A stretch of DNA of 64,000 nt from an uncultured Candidatus Saccharibacteria bacterium (GCA_964645315.1 CAZYBH010000003.1:5789-69788), one strand, 5' to 3'; counted from the first letter of the stretch, positions 37,995 through 48,045 are shown. The notes: generated by a model not told the origin, from the sequence alone. A program made the numbers and translations.

Positions 37995-39614
37995 TAGTGA
38001 CGAAACCTCACATTTTGTGGGGTTTTGTCTTTTATTGCTTGATATTTTAGAGGTTCGAGCGCGCTCTAATTCTTCTTCGACCGCCTGACGACTTTTGATG
38101 ATCGTTTTAATGAAAGAATGGTAATTTACAAAGACCTTTTTGCCTTTTAGGGTGAGGTTCGAGCCAAGGCATGCGAGTATCGCTCTTTTGGCTTTATCAT
38201 CTCCTTTTTCAAACCAAATGTGGGCGTAGCAAGCGAAGTCAAAGGTCTGCTCGGTGAGTTCCACCCACTCCAATACCTCTCTGTTTTTCGTCTTCAATTC
38301 TTCTTCGAGTGCCAGTTTCTTTTTTACTATTCCAACCTTGAGCGTTTGGTATTCTTCATCAGTAATTATCGCTCGCTCACTGTTTGCTGGCGAGGTGAAG
38401 TTGAGTGTCAGTGACTGCAAATTCTTGGTGACTTCCTCAAGCTCTTTGTGCTTGCCTTTGAGGACCACAGAATCGCTGTCAACTTCTGTTTTTCGCAGTT
38501 CATGGAGGTGCTTGATTGCCCAGTCTTTGAATCTTTCCGAAATGGTGATCTCACTGAGCTTTTGTTTTATATCAAGTTCCAAGTTCTTAAGCTCTATCAC
38601 TTTCTCCGGACACTTCACGTCTACTTTTTTCTTGGTGCAATTGTAGTAAACGTAGTGGTGAACATTGCCGTTCTTACATCGCTTTACTTTCGCCTGTGCA
38701 GTGATACTACAGCCACACGTGCCGCATTTCATAAGCGAGGTGAAGGCAAAGCTGCGCTCTGGCCGAGGTCGTGGTTGCATGGTTCTTCCCATGATCTGTT
38801 GGACCTTATTGAATTCTTCTTCGGTTATCATGGCTTCATGTGCGCCTTTGTGCCATTCTCCGCTTTTGTAGGGATATTCAAACCAGCCGTAATAAAAGGG
38901 GTTGCTTAGGAGTGCATAGATGCCGCTTTTAGAAAGATGCTTGCCACCCATATTTCTTCGTTGATACGTTTTCAAATTCAACTCCTTACGAGCCACATCC
39001 CATATTTGAATTGTGCTGTAGTTACCGGTAAGCATGAGGTCAAAGAGTCTCTTTACCACAGGAAAACGTTCAGGGTCCTTCATGATGGTCTTGAATCCTT
39101 TTTCTCGGTCTGGTGTGCTCATATATCCCACAGGACACATGCTTGGTAGCCAGCCTTCTCGGACCTTCTTTGCAAGACCTCGCTTTACGTTTACTGATAA
39201 GTCTCTGATGTACTGGTTGGCCATGCCAAGCTCAACTTGCATCATGAGGACATTGTCCGTTGGGTAGTATGTTCGGCCGAATGTCACAATCTGTGCGATT
39301 GCACTTTGCTGTAGCATCCAGCTTATTTGTCCACCGTCCACAGGGTTGCGTGCAAGGCGGTCCAGTTTCCAACAGATGATTCCATTCGCTTCGCCTTTGT
39401 AAATTCTCTCAAGCATTTTGTTGAATACTGGTCTTCCTGGTTTCTTGGCCGATTGTGATTCGGTAAGGACCTCAACTATCGCCAAGCCTTGCTCTTCTGC
39501 AATCTTCAAGAGTTCATCTTTCTGAGCATCGATTGATGCCGCTTGTCTGTCTTCCGCCTCGCTTGATTTACGAGCGTAGAGGAAGTATTTGATTGTAGGT
39601 GTTTTATTATTCAT
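37965..39614 (-). CDS. large serine recombinase (resolvase/invertase-type catalytic domain + recombinase domain + zinc-ribbon)
   Basis: IKYFLYARKSSEAEDRQ...SIDAQ (catalytic Ser) and LDRLARN motifs. C-terminal Cys-rich region. The 3' end overlaps the last ~30 nt of the tRNA-Asn gene. Start taken at MNNKTPTIKY (39614). Confidence 0.85.
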   Translation of the reverse strand: MNNKTPTIKYFLYARKSSEAEDRQAASIDAQKDELLKIAEEQGLAIVEVLTESQSAKKPGRPVFNKMLERIYKGEANGIICWKLDRLARNPVDGGQISWMLQQSAIAQIVTFGRTYYPTDNVLMMQVELGMANQYIRDLSVNVKRGLAKKVREGWLPSMCPVGYMSTPDREKGFKTIMKDPERFPVVKRLFDLMLTGNYSTIQIWDVARKELNLKTYQRRNMGGKHLSKSGIYALLSNPFYYGWFEYPYKSGEWHKGAHEAMITEEEFNKVQQIMGRTMQPRPRPERSFAFTSLMKCGTCGCSITAQAKVKRCKNGNVHHYVYYNCTKKKVDVKCPEKVIELKNLELDIKQKLSEITISERFKDWAIKHLHELRKTEVDSDSVVLKGKHKELEEVTKNLQSLTLNFTSPANSERAIITDEEYQTLKVGIVKKKLALEEELKTKNREVLEWVELTEQTFDFACYAHIWFEKGDDKAKRAILACLGSNLTLKGKKVFVNYHSFIKTIIKSRQAVEEELERARTSKISSNKRQNPTKCEVSSLGLRRQDSNL

Positions 39615-40452
39615 ATGCGCTTTTAATGTTATCTTCCGACCGTTTTTCACCGTTTTTAAATGGTGGTTTTTGCTCTATGGCAGTTACATTATCGTCACTG
39701 CGTGGTTCCCGTAATTTTCCCGTTATTTCGGGAAAGGTCGTCTCACCGGGCTGACGAACGACAGTATCCCCAGAAGGGTCTCGAATAGCAACTGATTCCT
39801 GACTTCTTGGCATCTGCCATTTCTGCATTGTTCCCCTTAACACATCTCCAATGTGAGTTACAGAATTAGGAGAGTTTTTTCTTAGGTTAGTTAGAGTTTC
39901 ATTATCATCACTGCGATATGGTCGCTTATTGTAACTGCGAGGGCGTTGTTTTTGTAACTGCGGTGGTGCCTCGGATATCTTTATTTTTCGATTCCAGTTA
40001 GGGACCGGCAACCATAGCTCGCTCGCATGGAAAGTGTAGAGATTTACCATGTTGAACATACCATCAGCTCTCGTAACGCCGATAATGCCGTAGCCTTCGA
40101 GGATGCGAATTGCCTTAATGATGCTACTTCTGTTTTTACTGCCGACGAGTTCCTGAATGGTAGTGATACTTGGAAACGCCGCCTGGCTTTCGGTGTTGCA
40201 GTGGACCAAAAGCGCCATATATACTGACGTACATAACTTTGAGAGTGTTGCAAGATATCCGCCTTGCACATATTCGTTATCAACGAAGAACCTGCTCGAC
40301 TTATTCTTTTTGCGAAGTTTGGACCGATCTATCTTGTCATGCAGTCTGTTGAGGTAGGCTTTCTTTTGATTGTGGTTGAGGTCCTTTCTTGTTTTTGATT
40401 TGTCTCTTAGTATCCACTCGATCAATTCCTTGTCGTTTTCCATATTCTTCAA
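39607..40452 (-). CDS. hypothetical protein with central HTH-like segment (possible replication/regulatory protein)
   Basis: FPSITTIQELVGSKNRSSIIKAIRILEGYGII resembles a winged-helix/HTH. The N-terminal region overlaps the 40337..40600 ORF in another frame. Confidence 0.45.
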   Translation of the reverse strand: MKNMENDKELIEWILRDKSKTRKDLNHNQKKAYLNRLHDKIDRSKLRKKNKSSRFFVDNEYVQGGYLATLSKLCTSVYMALLVHCNTESQAAFPSITTIQELVGSKNRSSIIKAIRILEGYGIIGVTRADGMFNMVNLYTFHASELWLPVPNWNRKIKISEAPPQLQKQRPRSYNKRPYRSDDNETLTNLRKNSPNSVTHIGDVLRGTMQKWQMPRSQESVAIRDPSGDTVVRQPGETTFPEITGKLREPRSDDNVTAIEQKPPFKNGEKRSEDNIKSAYE

Positions 40453-40600
40453 GCCACGCTTTCTTTATTGGTCGGTAGACGAAGTTAAAAAGCGTGAGCA
40501 AATTAATTGCCTCATTAGCAAGAACGTCATCAGGAAAGACTGTGCCGGTTTCTTCCAGGTGAAGTTGTTTATATTCTTCTAGTGCGTGTTTGGTAAGCAT
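40337..40600 (-). CDS. hypothetical small protein (87 aa); possibly the 5' part of a frameshifted gene together with 39607..40452
   Basis: Track ORF. Overlaps the next ORF by 116 nt in a different frame. Confidence 0.3.
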   Translation of the reverse strand: MLTKHALEEYKQLHLEETGTVFPDDVLANEAINLLTLFNFVYRPIKKAWLEEYGKRQGIDRVDTKRQIKNKKGPQPQSKESLPQQTA

Positions 40601-40630
40601 AATGAGGGGTTCGACCTTTTGTATGAGGTA

Positions 40631-40669
40631 GTGCTCTTCCCAAGAAACAGAAAGAGCTGAGCCCCCATT
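40631..40669 (-). terminator. hairpin aaagagctgag...ctcagctcttt (11-bp stem)
   Basis: Seen directly, between the HerA 3' end and the next minus-strand gene. Confidence 0.4.
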
Positions 40670-40870
40670 GCAAGTTGACTCAGCTCTTTCCGTGCAATGG
40701 GTATCTTTATCCTAGAATCGAAATTCGTACTAAATGTAGGAATTACTTCTCTAAGATGATCTCATCGTACTGCTCTCAAACGGTAAAAAATGGTGCATTA
40801 CTTTGACCGCTTGAAATAAGGGTATTTTCGTGAATTTCGGTGGTTACTGTGCCATAGACGCAAAAACCCC

Positions 40871-40897
40871 TGAATAGGGGTTGAAAAGCGTACACAG
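40871..40897 (-). terminator. rho-independent terminator just after the HerA stop (cccccuauucagggg + U-run on the minus strand)
   Basis: + strand aaaaacccctgaataggggg. On the minus strand the hairpin is followed by uuuuug. Confidence 0.6.
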
Positions 40898-40914
40898 GGG
40901 CGTTTAGGGGGTAA

Positions 40915-42789
40915 TTAGGCTTTCTTCCACAGATCATCTAAATCTATCGTACCACTTTGAGGCCTTCGTTTCTTATCAAGAAGCTTAATTTTTAAAGAAA
41001 GTGGAAATTGAGTCATTTGTCCAGCAATAAAACAGCAACCTGTAGCAAGGTTTGAAATCGAGTCAAAAGAAAGCTTATCCAAATAACTTACCGCCTTATT
41101 AACTGACTTTAAATCATTTTCGTTCATCAATTTGTGAATAAAATAATTATGAAGCTGAGAAATTATGGTGGGAGAAATATCAGATGGTCTCTGACTAGCA
41201 ATTGTAAGAAAAACTCCAAACTTTCTACCTTCCTTTATTATTTCCTCAAACGTTTCTAGACGATAATCTTTCCAAGTTTCAGACTCTCTTACAGAGTTTT
41301 CAGATAAAATGTTATGTGCCTCGTCAATAATAATATGGAGGGATGTATTATTTTTATAAGTTTTTTTCTGATTCTCGTATAACTTTTTTAGAATGACTAA
41401 TGGCAAAGATTTTTTAATATCTCTATTGGCAGATTTTAGATCTATAACTACCAAGTTGTTGCCTTTTCCAAAAATATTCTTTTTAGCATTTGTACTAGTG
41501 TCAAAGACTTTCTGAATGCTTTTTTTGACACTTTCAAGTCTAGTTATGCAATGATAGACGTGGTCATCGTGAACTCTGTTATCTAGCAAATCATAAAGTA
41601 ATTGCATTCTTGCAAAGTCGAGGAACTTTTCAATTATATTGTCAGGAAATACATAAGTATCTGCCTGAGTATAAAATACTTGTGATTTATATTGCTCGTC
41701 AGTTATCTGGTCATAATCAGTAGTTCCACCACATTTAAAGTATGAATGGGTATTATGCCATTCAGGAATAACAAAATCTTGGTTGTCAGTTTCAATCTTA
41801 AGTATTTGTTTGTATCGATCTATACACAAAAATGCCAGTTCTTTATTTTTTAATTTCAAAATTCTGAGCGCTATTAACTTCAAGTTATTTTTGAAATAGT
41901 CATTAGAATTGTTTTCTTTTGTTATCTTTTTAAATAAGCTTATCGAGCGATTCAAAAATGGCTTTTGTGTTTTTTCACTAGCACCAGAAAGTATTGATAT
42001 AAGTTCAATATCAATAAAACCATTTTCGTTCAAAGGAACACGATTTTTGTTATTTATTTTTTCTAACTCAATTTCAGTATTAAGTTTATATACTTTTTTC
42101 TTTTTACTAAGAACATCTGAAGATGAGTATTCACCATTAAAATCAATAAATATAAACTTGGATTTGGATTTAAATTTTTCATTAAGATTTTCTAATCCAA
42201 ATAGTTCTGCATACATTTTTGCAAGAGTATTTGATTTACCAGACCCTGTATTGCCAAAAATACCAATATGACCTGCAAATAGTTTTTTAGCTGAAATTGA
42301 AATATCTTGAGTCTCTTCATCAATCAGTGATCCAAGGGTAACGGAAAGCTCTTTTTCATCAGAAAGCTGATGTAATATTTCAAATTCTTCTCTAGAAAGA
42401 AGTTTACATTCACTACCAATTAGAGGCATTTCTTTGATACCGTGTTGAAAGTTAAAATCGCTATCATAGAATCCAAAAACTGAAACATTGAGAAATCGGC
42501 TTATCTTCTTATTCTCATTTGTATATTTTTTCTTAGTTTGATATCTATCCTCTTCGAGATACTCACCCTCGACTTTACAAATTATTTCAGTAAAACCTTT
42601 AACTATTTTCACATAGTTGGATAGCCCAACAGAAACATTTTTTATTGTTCTACCTTTAAAAAATAGATGAGGGAGATTCTTGTCATTCTTTACCTTAACA
42701 ACAATATCTTTGCCCTTAACACTAAATACACTGCCAATGGTAAATACGGAATTATCAACTAGTCTTTCATGTAAATTAAAGTTGTTCAT
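40915..42789 (-). CDS. herA: HerA-like (DUF87/FtsK-HerA superfamily) ATPase, SIR2-HerA defense system component
   Basis: Walker A IGIFGNTGSGKSNTL and Walker B LHIIIDEAHNIL (DEAH). Start taken at MNNFNLHERL (42789), which overlaps the SIR2 stop by 14 nt. Confidence 0.8.
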   Translation of the reverse strand: MNNFNLHERLVDNSVFTIGSVFSVKGKDIVVKVKNDKNLPHLFFKGRTIKNVSVGLSNYVKIVKGFTEIICKVEGEYLEEDRYQTKKKYTNENKKISRFLNVSVFGFYDSDFNFQHGIKEMPLIGSECKLLSREEFEILHQLSDEKELSVTLGSLIDEETQDISISAKKLFAGHIGIFGNTGSGKSNTLAKMYAELFGLENLNEKFKSKSKFIFIDFNGEYSSSDVLSKKKKVYKLNTEIELEKINNKNRVPLNENGFIDIELISILSGASEKTQKPFLNRSISLFKKITKENNSNDYFKNNLKLIALRILKLKNKELAFLCIDRYKQILKIETDNQDFVIPEWHNTHSYFKCGGTTDYDQITDEQYKSQVFYTQADTYVFPDNIIEKFLDFARMQLLYDLLDNRVHDDHVYHCITRLESVKKSIQKVFDTSTNAKKNIFGKGNNLVVIDLKSANRDIKKSLPLVILKKLYENQKKTYKNNTSLHIIIDEAHNILSENSVRESETWKDYRLETFEEIIKEGRKFGVFLTIASQRPSDISPTIISQLHNYFIHKLMNENDLKSVNKAVSYLDKLSFDSISNLATGCCFIAGQMTQFPLSLKIKLLDKKRRPQSGTIDLDDLWKKA

Positions 42790-43789
42790 CGTCTTTATCC
42801 GGTTCAAGGACCTCTTGTTCTTTATTTGTGAATATACCAGAAAGGAATTCTGTGCTTTTTTCAAATGGCAAATTATTTTCTACATAGAAGTTTGACTTTT
42901 TCTTTTCCTCTAGATCATCTACCACTTCATCGTATTCTTTGTGATAAAGATAAACTACTATTAGGGTCGGATTGTTCTTCATTACACCGTAAAGTAACTC
43001 TCTTATATGTTTATCTTTAAGAGAAAATCCTAATATAAACAAAACACTATTTTCTTTTTCCAGCTCTAACGTAAACTTCCTTAGCATGGAAGCGTAATTA
43101 GTATCTAGAACTGTTTCAAGGTGTTTTTCTGCATTTGGATTGATGACAGCAACTTGTTTATACCCTGTAGCAAAATCATTCCCGGTTTTACTATCCAGAT
43201 CATCAGCAATATGCGAACCATTTGAATAGATGATTTTTTCCTCTTTTGTCTTCCAAGAAAGTGAACCGTGAAGTTTAATGATATTGAAAAGTGGAATGTC
43301 GGAAGTGTTATCAAATTGAAGGCTCTTATATTTTTGAATTTTGTTAAAATTTGCCACGCTAAATACTGAATTGATTTGCCCGGCAAATCCATCATTGTAC
43401 GGTATACCTAAACGCTCACAGGCATCTTCTATAAACATGTCAAAGTTCGTGCTGAAAATATTGACTTGTTTATTTACGATATGTAATGATCGACGGGAAA
43501 TAGTATCAGCCCAAAAATTTAAAAATGTATCATAGTTCTGTTTGGTTTTAGTAAGCTTACCTTGTTCTGCCACATCCACCTCAAAGGTTGAATTTAGAAT
43601 AGCTTTTGATTTGCGGATGATCTTATAATAATCTTTTTGTGCGACCTCTTTGGTAGCATCATTATTCATTCGGTTTTCAATGTCTTGCAGGGTCGAAAGA
43701 TAGTCAAGAGAACAACCAGAACCAATAAGTAGATTTATGTGGCCACTTTGAATTATTTCTTTGAGTTCTTTTTTATCGATTTTTTTCAT
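42776..43789 (-). CDS. SIR2-like NADase domain protein, SIR2-HerA defense system component
   Basis: INLLIGSGCS (GAGIS-like), FSTNFDMF (TQNID-like) and IIKLHGSLSW (catalytic HG) motifs. Lies immediately upstream of HerA in the same orientation. Confidence 0.8.
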   Translation of the reverse strand: MKKIDKKELKEIIQSGHINLLIGSGCSLDYLSTLQDIENRMNNDATKEVAQKDYYKIIRKSKAILNSTFEVDVAEQGKLTKTKQNYDTFLNFWADTISRRSLHIVNKQVNIFSTNFDMFIEDACERLGIPYNDGFAGQINSVFSVANFNKIQKYKSLQFDNTSDIPLFNIIKLHGSLSWKTKEEKIIYSNGSHIADDLDSKTGNDFATGYKQVAVINPNAEKHLETVLDTNYASMLRKFTLELEKENSVLFILGFSLKDKHIRELLYGVMKNNPTLIVVYLYHKEYDEVVDDLEEKKKSNFYVENNLPFEKSTEFLSGIFTNKEQEVLEPDKDDEQL

Positions 43790-46101
43790 ACTTTTAATTT
43801 GACCCACTCACTCCAATCACCACGTTCGCATTTTTCCCAGTTGTAAGTAGATTCTTGGTTTAATGTCCAATCTCCATTTCTCTCAATCACAACACCACCA
43901 AAAAGCTTTTTATTCTTCTGGGTCTTTATGTATTGGTACAAAGCCTCAGCCTTAGCTTTTGTGTAAGTTTTACCATCACGATCACCTGAATCCTTTACTT
44001 CAAATATACCGATCTTTCCATCAGTGAATTGGACCAGATAGTCCGGATAGAAAGTATAGATAGCACCAGAGTATTCATACTTCACGCCAAAGTATTCCTG
44101 TTTGTTTTCTCCATTTTTCCACCACCAAGTTATTTTTGAGCTATTATCATTCAAAAACTTCTCAAAAGATTTCTCGGGTAGGGATCGGTCAATGTTTAGG
44201 TAGCATGGCTGATAGGCATACTTTTTGGTAGGAACAATTTCATCAGTAAATTCGTTATAAAAAAGCTCTATAGGGAGTTCAAAAGCATATTTCTTTTCGC
44301 TTTCTTCTACTCGCTTTCGGACCTCAGCCTCTTTGACCGTCTTGTATTCATCGACTGCCTTAGTAAGAATCTTTTCAATCGCTGGACGATTGTCTTTGTG
44401 CATACAAAGCTTTTGAATGAGGAGTATTTCCTCATGCCAATCTTCTGAATTGAGGTATTTTCTGAACCACAAATAAATAGCAGTCTTTACGCTTGGAATA
44501 GAGCGCTTAACATTTCTAAATGGACCGAGCTGTGACTTAATCATTTGCTCAAAGAAAATCTGCAATTCATCAGCAGCAACACTAAGCTTTGCCATAGCAG
44601 TGGGATCTATATTTCCTTGAAGTTCATCAAAGTTTTTAGCACTGATATGAGTGTCAGCAATAATTTGTTGCTGGTACTTTTCAAGCTCAACATCAATACC
44701 CATATTCTTGAGTGACGTCTTGATCTTCACCAGTTTCTCACCATCTTCTATACCAAGTTCTCTGTTTACTACCTTTTCAAATACCGGCGTAAAGCTTGAG
44801 GTGATGTCTCCGTAATCAGCACGTGCTTTATAGTAAGAATCAATTTTGAGCGGCTTATACTCCTTAACTCTATTAGCCTTTAGATGTTTGATTATGTTTG
44901 GATTGTATTCTTCTTTCTTAACTGAAATAGATTCCAAGTTTGTATAGATGTAACCACGATTAAGAGCCTCATTTTCATAATGCTTTTGTTCTGGCATACG
45001 TAAGATTCGTCCGACAGTCTGTATTTCAAAAACAATATTCGAAGATTCTCTAAACTTCACAAGAATATGAGCACGAGGACAGTCCCATCCAGTATCAATT
45101 GCTTGTTTGAATATCAAAAACTCAATCTGATTGTCCGATTCAGAAATCCACTCGATAGTGTCTGATTTTTGTTCAGCAAGCCAAATAGCAAGCTTTCCAT
45201 TTTTCTCTGTAATACCCTTATCACCAAGAAACTTTTTAACAGCATCAATCTTTTGATCACCAGCCTCGGATGTAGGAATCTGTATTAAGACAAGAGGATT
45301 AATATCAGAATCTTCTTTTGCAAAAGCCTTCTTAAGTTCAAGACGTTTTTTATATGCCGCCTCTAAGACTGCTGTCTGTGAATCATCTTCTGATTTTGCA
45401 ATCTTCTCAATATCCTCATTGATGATGAGCTCTTTCTTAATCATCCCTTCTTCGATAACGTCTTTTGGATTCACCTTTACCAATCCAGCGCGAGTTTCAA
45501 CAATATCTTCAGCTGTAATTTTTATACTTGGTGTGGCACTCATTTCAATCGTTACATCGGCAGCAATAAGCTCACGAAGTTCCTGAGCGCGACCTGTAGA
45601 TGCGTTGGTGTGACTCTCATCAATAATAAGAATTATCTTTCTCTGTTCTTTAGTTTTTTCAAGTACATCACGGAAATTAAGTTTCTCACCATCTTTCATG
45701 GCGAGGTTTTTCCAATCACCAGACTTACCATCCTTGGCACGTAGTTTTTCCCAGTTTGCCACTACGACTTCATTCTGAACAATACGCTCTCTACCACCAC
45801 TAAATTCACCCTCAACAAGTGAGACACGAGGAAAACCCCCGAAGATTCGCTCGAGAGATCGCTTACTCTGTCCATGAAGATCACCTTTACCAATACTCAT
45901 CCAAATAAAACAAAGATCTTCGTTTGGAAGTTCTTTTATAAGACTCTCTATAAAAATAGCAGTCATGACAGTCTTGCCTGATCCGGTAGGGGCTTGAAAT
46001 ACACAAACTTCACCAGGACCGTCAAAATCCAAAAGTTTAACTGTCGTGTCAACAAGCTGGTTGACTGCTTTTTCTTGATAGGGTTTTAAATTAATACTCA
46101 T
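43786..46101 (-). CDS. res: Type III restriction enzyme Res subunit (SF2 helicase + C-terminal PD-(D/E)xK nuclease)
   Basis: FQAPTGSGKT (motif I), IIDESH (motif II), MSATP (motif III), QTVGRILR (motif VI), and C-terminal PDYLVQFTDGKIGIFEVKD. Confidence 0.85.
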   Translation of the reverse strand: MSINLKPYQEKAVNQLVDTTVKLLDFDGPGEVCVFQAPTGSGKTVMTAIFIESLIKELPNEDLCFIWMSIGKGDLHGQSKRSLERIFGGFPRVSLVEGEFSGGRERIVQNEVVVANWEKLRAKDGKSGDWKNLAMKDGEKLNFRDVLEKTKEQRKIILIIDESHTNASTGRAQELRELIAADVTIEMSATPSIKITAEDIVETRAGLVKVNPKDVIEEGMIKKELIINEDIEKIAKSEDDSQTAVLEAAYKKRLELKKAFAKEDSDINPLVLIQIPTSEAGDQKIDAVKKFLGDKGITEKNGKLAIWLAEQKSDTIEWISESDNQIEFLIFKQAIDTGWDCPRAHILVKFRESSNIVFEIQTVGRILRMPEQKHYENEALNRGYIYTNLESISVKKEEYNPNIIKHLKANRVKEYKPLKIDSYYKARADYGDITSSFTPVFEKVVNRELGIEDGEKLVKIKTSLKNMGIDVELEKYQQQIIADTHISAKNFDELQGNIDPTAMAKLSVAADELQIFFEQMIKSQLGPFRNVKRSIPSVKTAIYLWFRKYLNSEDWHEEILLIQKLCMHKDNRPAIEKILTKAVDEYKTVKEAEVRKRVEESEKKYAFELPIELFYNEFTDEIVPTKKYAYQPCYLNIDRSLPEKSFEKFLNDNSSKITWWWKNGENKQEYFGVKYEYSGAIYTFYPDYLVQFTDGKIGIFEVKDSGDRDGKTYTKAKAEALYQYIKTQKNKKLFGGVVIERNGDWTLNQESTYNWEKCERGDWSEWVKLKV

Positions 46102-47920
46102 AAATTTGTTTGTATACGTCTAGAATCTTTTGTGGAATTGGCTCGACCGTAACATCTTTCCATCCACTAAAATCTTTTTTATTTAATCCAAGAGGATCAA
46201 GAGTAAAACAGTAGAGAATCTTTTCTCCTTCGATCTTACTTAAATCCTTTTTAAGTTCTGATAAGGCCTTCCGATCTAGGGAATAGTAGGCGGCAAGAAC
46301 CCTATTACCTTTCTGGAATACTCTATAATCATCAGTTGTTTTTACTTCATCAAAAATACCTTCACGTAGACAAAGCATTTCTGTACATTCCTTTGTCATA
46401 CGGATCTTCAAATCATCTTTGTTTGCAGTTTTCTTGATGAATTTAGTTTTGAAGTATTTTAGAGATCCTACACCAGTATTTGTGAGAACATTGTTTAATC
46501 TAGGATATGTTTTTTCGAGACAAATATTTTCTTCATTATTTGTACATAAAATAAATTTATGTTGCGTACCTTTATCCTTATTAAGCTCTACAACCGCATG
46601 GCCTGTTGATCCACTTCCTGCAAAAAAGTCTAGAATTGTCGCATTATCATCTGAAACAAAATGAATTAGTTGCTTTATCAATCTAATTGGTTTTTTACCA
46701 TTCTTAAAATCAATCCCACCTTCTTTAGCAACGTTACCCATATCAAGATAAAAGCCTGGCCACCAGTCACCCCTGATAGTAGTTACACCGTAAGTTTGGT
46801 AATAGTCATCAGCCTTTCTAACTTTATCTGATAAGCGAATTCTTTGTTTATATTCTCCCTTACCGTTATATCCAACTAAATAAGATCGATCATTTGAGCC
46901 ATACTCAATTAAGATACCCTCTTTAACTTTAGATAGAACTTCTTTGTCTTTTATCTCTACAGTATCGTGAATACGAACAATCTGATCTGCTTTTTTATTT
47001 ATAAAATCTCTTACTTCATCAAGTTTTGCATAAGCATCAGAGATTTGATTATTAGTCATCGATCTCTTTCCTTTTGAATCTTTAGCTAAATTCAAAAAAC
47101 ATAATTTTTCAAATATCTTGTTATCCGCACATAAAACGCTTGTGAGTGATGTCTCTGAATAAGTTCCATCCGTATTTTTATTTATAAACAGGGAGTAGTG
47201 ATTGTCGTATTCAATCGGATCGTACAAAACATTTTTTCCGATAGTCTTTCTTCCATCTTTTGAATACACAAGAATATACTCGGCATTTTTTACTATATTA
47301 CCCATCTTTGCTGATCTTACTTTTTGACCTTGGACCGTAGACATCTGAACGTGCAAAGTGGTAACAAAATTATTTAAACCAAAAACCTCATCGCACAGTA
47401 GTCTAAGCTGAGACTGTTCATTGTCATCTATCGAAATAAAAATAACTCCAGTCTCTCTCAGTAGATTTTTTGCTAATCGCAACCTTTTTGACATGAAAGA
47501 CAACCATTTGCTGTGTTTATATTCGTCCTCACTATCAACATAATTGTCGTTATAAATAAAATCCCTATTACCAGTGTTGTAGGGTGGGTCAATATAAATA
47601 ACATCAACTTTTCCTTGATGAGTGAAATTTAAGACAGAGAGTGCATGGTAGTTATCGCCCTCAATCAATATGTTTACTGGTCTAGTGTCGTCTTTGTCAG
47701 TAATTTCTTTTCCTTTTACTTCCTTAAGAACTGGTAGTGCATTTTCGGCATCTTTCTCGAACTGTTCTTTCACCTTATCTTCATCCCAGATAAGTCCATA
47801 TTTCTTTCGAGATTCAAGCTTTTCTACAATTTTAATTAGATCCTCTTTGCTAAGGTTGGAATAATCTTTCTTTGAATTCTTATTGGTTGCAATGGGATTC
47901 ATTACACAACACTTTACCAT
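46091..47920 (-). CDS. mod: Type III R-M Mod subunit (beta-class N6-adenine DNA methyltransferase)
   Basis: DPPY (motif IV: IYIDPPYNTGN) precedes motif I FxGxG (ILDFFAGSGSTG). Overlaps the res start by 11 nt. An alternative start is MNPIATN at 47902. Confidence 0.85.
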   Translation of the reverse strand: MVKCCVMNPIATNKNSKKDYSNLSKEDLIKIVEKLESRKKYGLIWDEDKVKEQFEKDAENALPVLKEVKGKEITDKDDTRPVNILIEGDNYHALSVLNFTHQGKVDVIYIDPPYNTGNRDFIYNDNYVDSEDEYKHSKWLSFMSKRLRLAKNLLRETGVIFISIDDNEQSQLRLLCDEVFGLNNFVTTLHVQMSTVQGQKVRSAKMGNIVKNAEYILVYSKDGRKTIGKNVLYDPIEYDNHYSLFINKNTDGTYSETSLTSVLCADNKIFEKLCFLNLAKDSKGKRSMTNNQISDAYAKLDEVRDFINKKADQIVRIHDTVEIKDKEVLSKVKEGILIEYGSNDRSYLVGYNGKGEYKQRIRLSDKVRKADDYYQTYGVTTIRGDWWPGFYLDMGNVAKEGGIDFKNGKKPIRLIKQLIHFVSDDNATILDFFAGSGSTGHAVVELNKDKGTQHKFILCTNNEENICLEKTYPRLNNVLTNTGVGSLKYFKTKFIKKTANKDDLKIRMTKECTEMLCLREGIFDEVKTTDDYRVFQKGNRVLAAYYSLDRKALSELKKDLSKIEGEKILYCFTLDPLGLNKKDFSGWKDVTVEPIPQKILDVYKQIYEY

Positions 47921-48045
47921 TTTTTGCCCTAAAAATAAAGATTTTTTGAGTTCATGAATTATTTAACATCAAGCTCAATAATAGCCTTATAAACAAAGAT
48001 TATTTCACCTCTCTCTCTTCAGACACGATTTAACATTTTGTATCT

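Noticed and set aside
42776-43807. DUF4297 (Cap4-like nuclease) as the HerA partner instead of SIR2
   Set aside because: The protein has GSGCS / STNFD / KLHGS motifs in SIR2-like order and spacing, and no PD-(D/E)xK signature.
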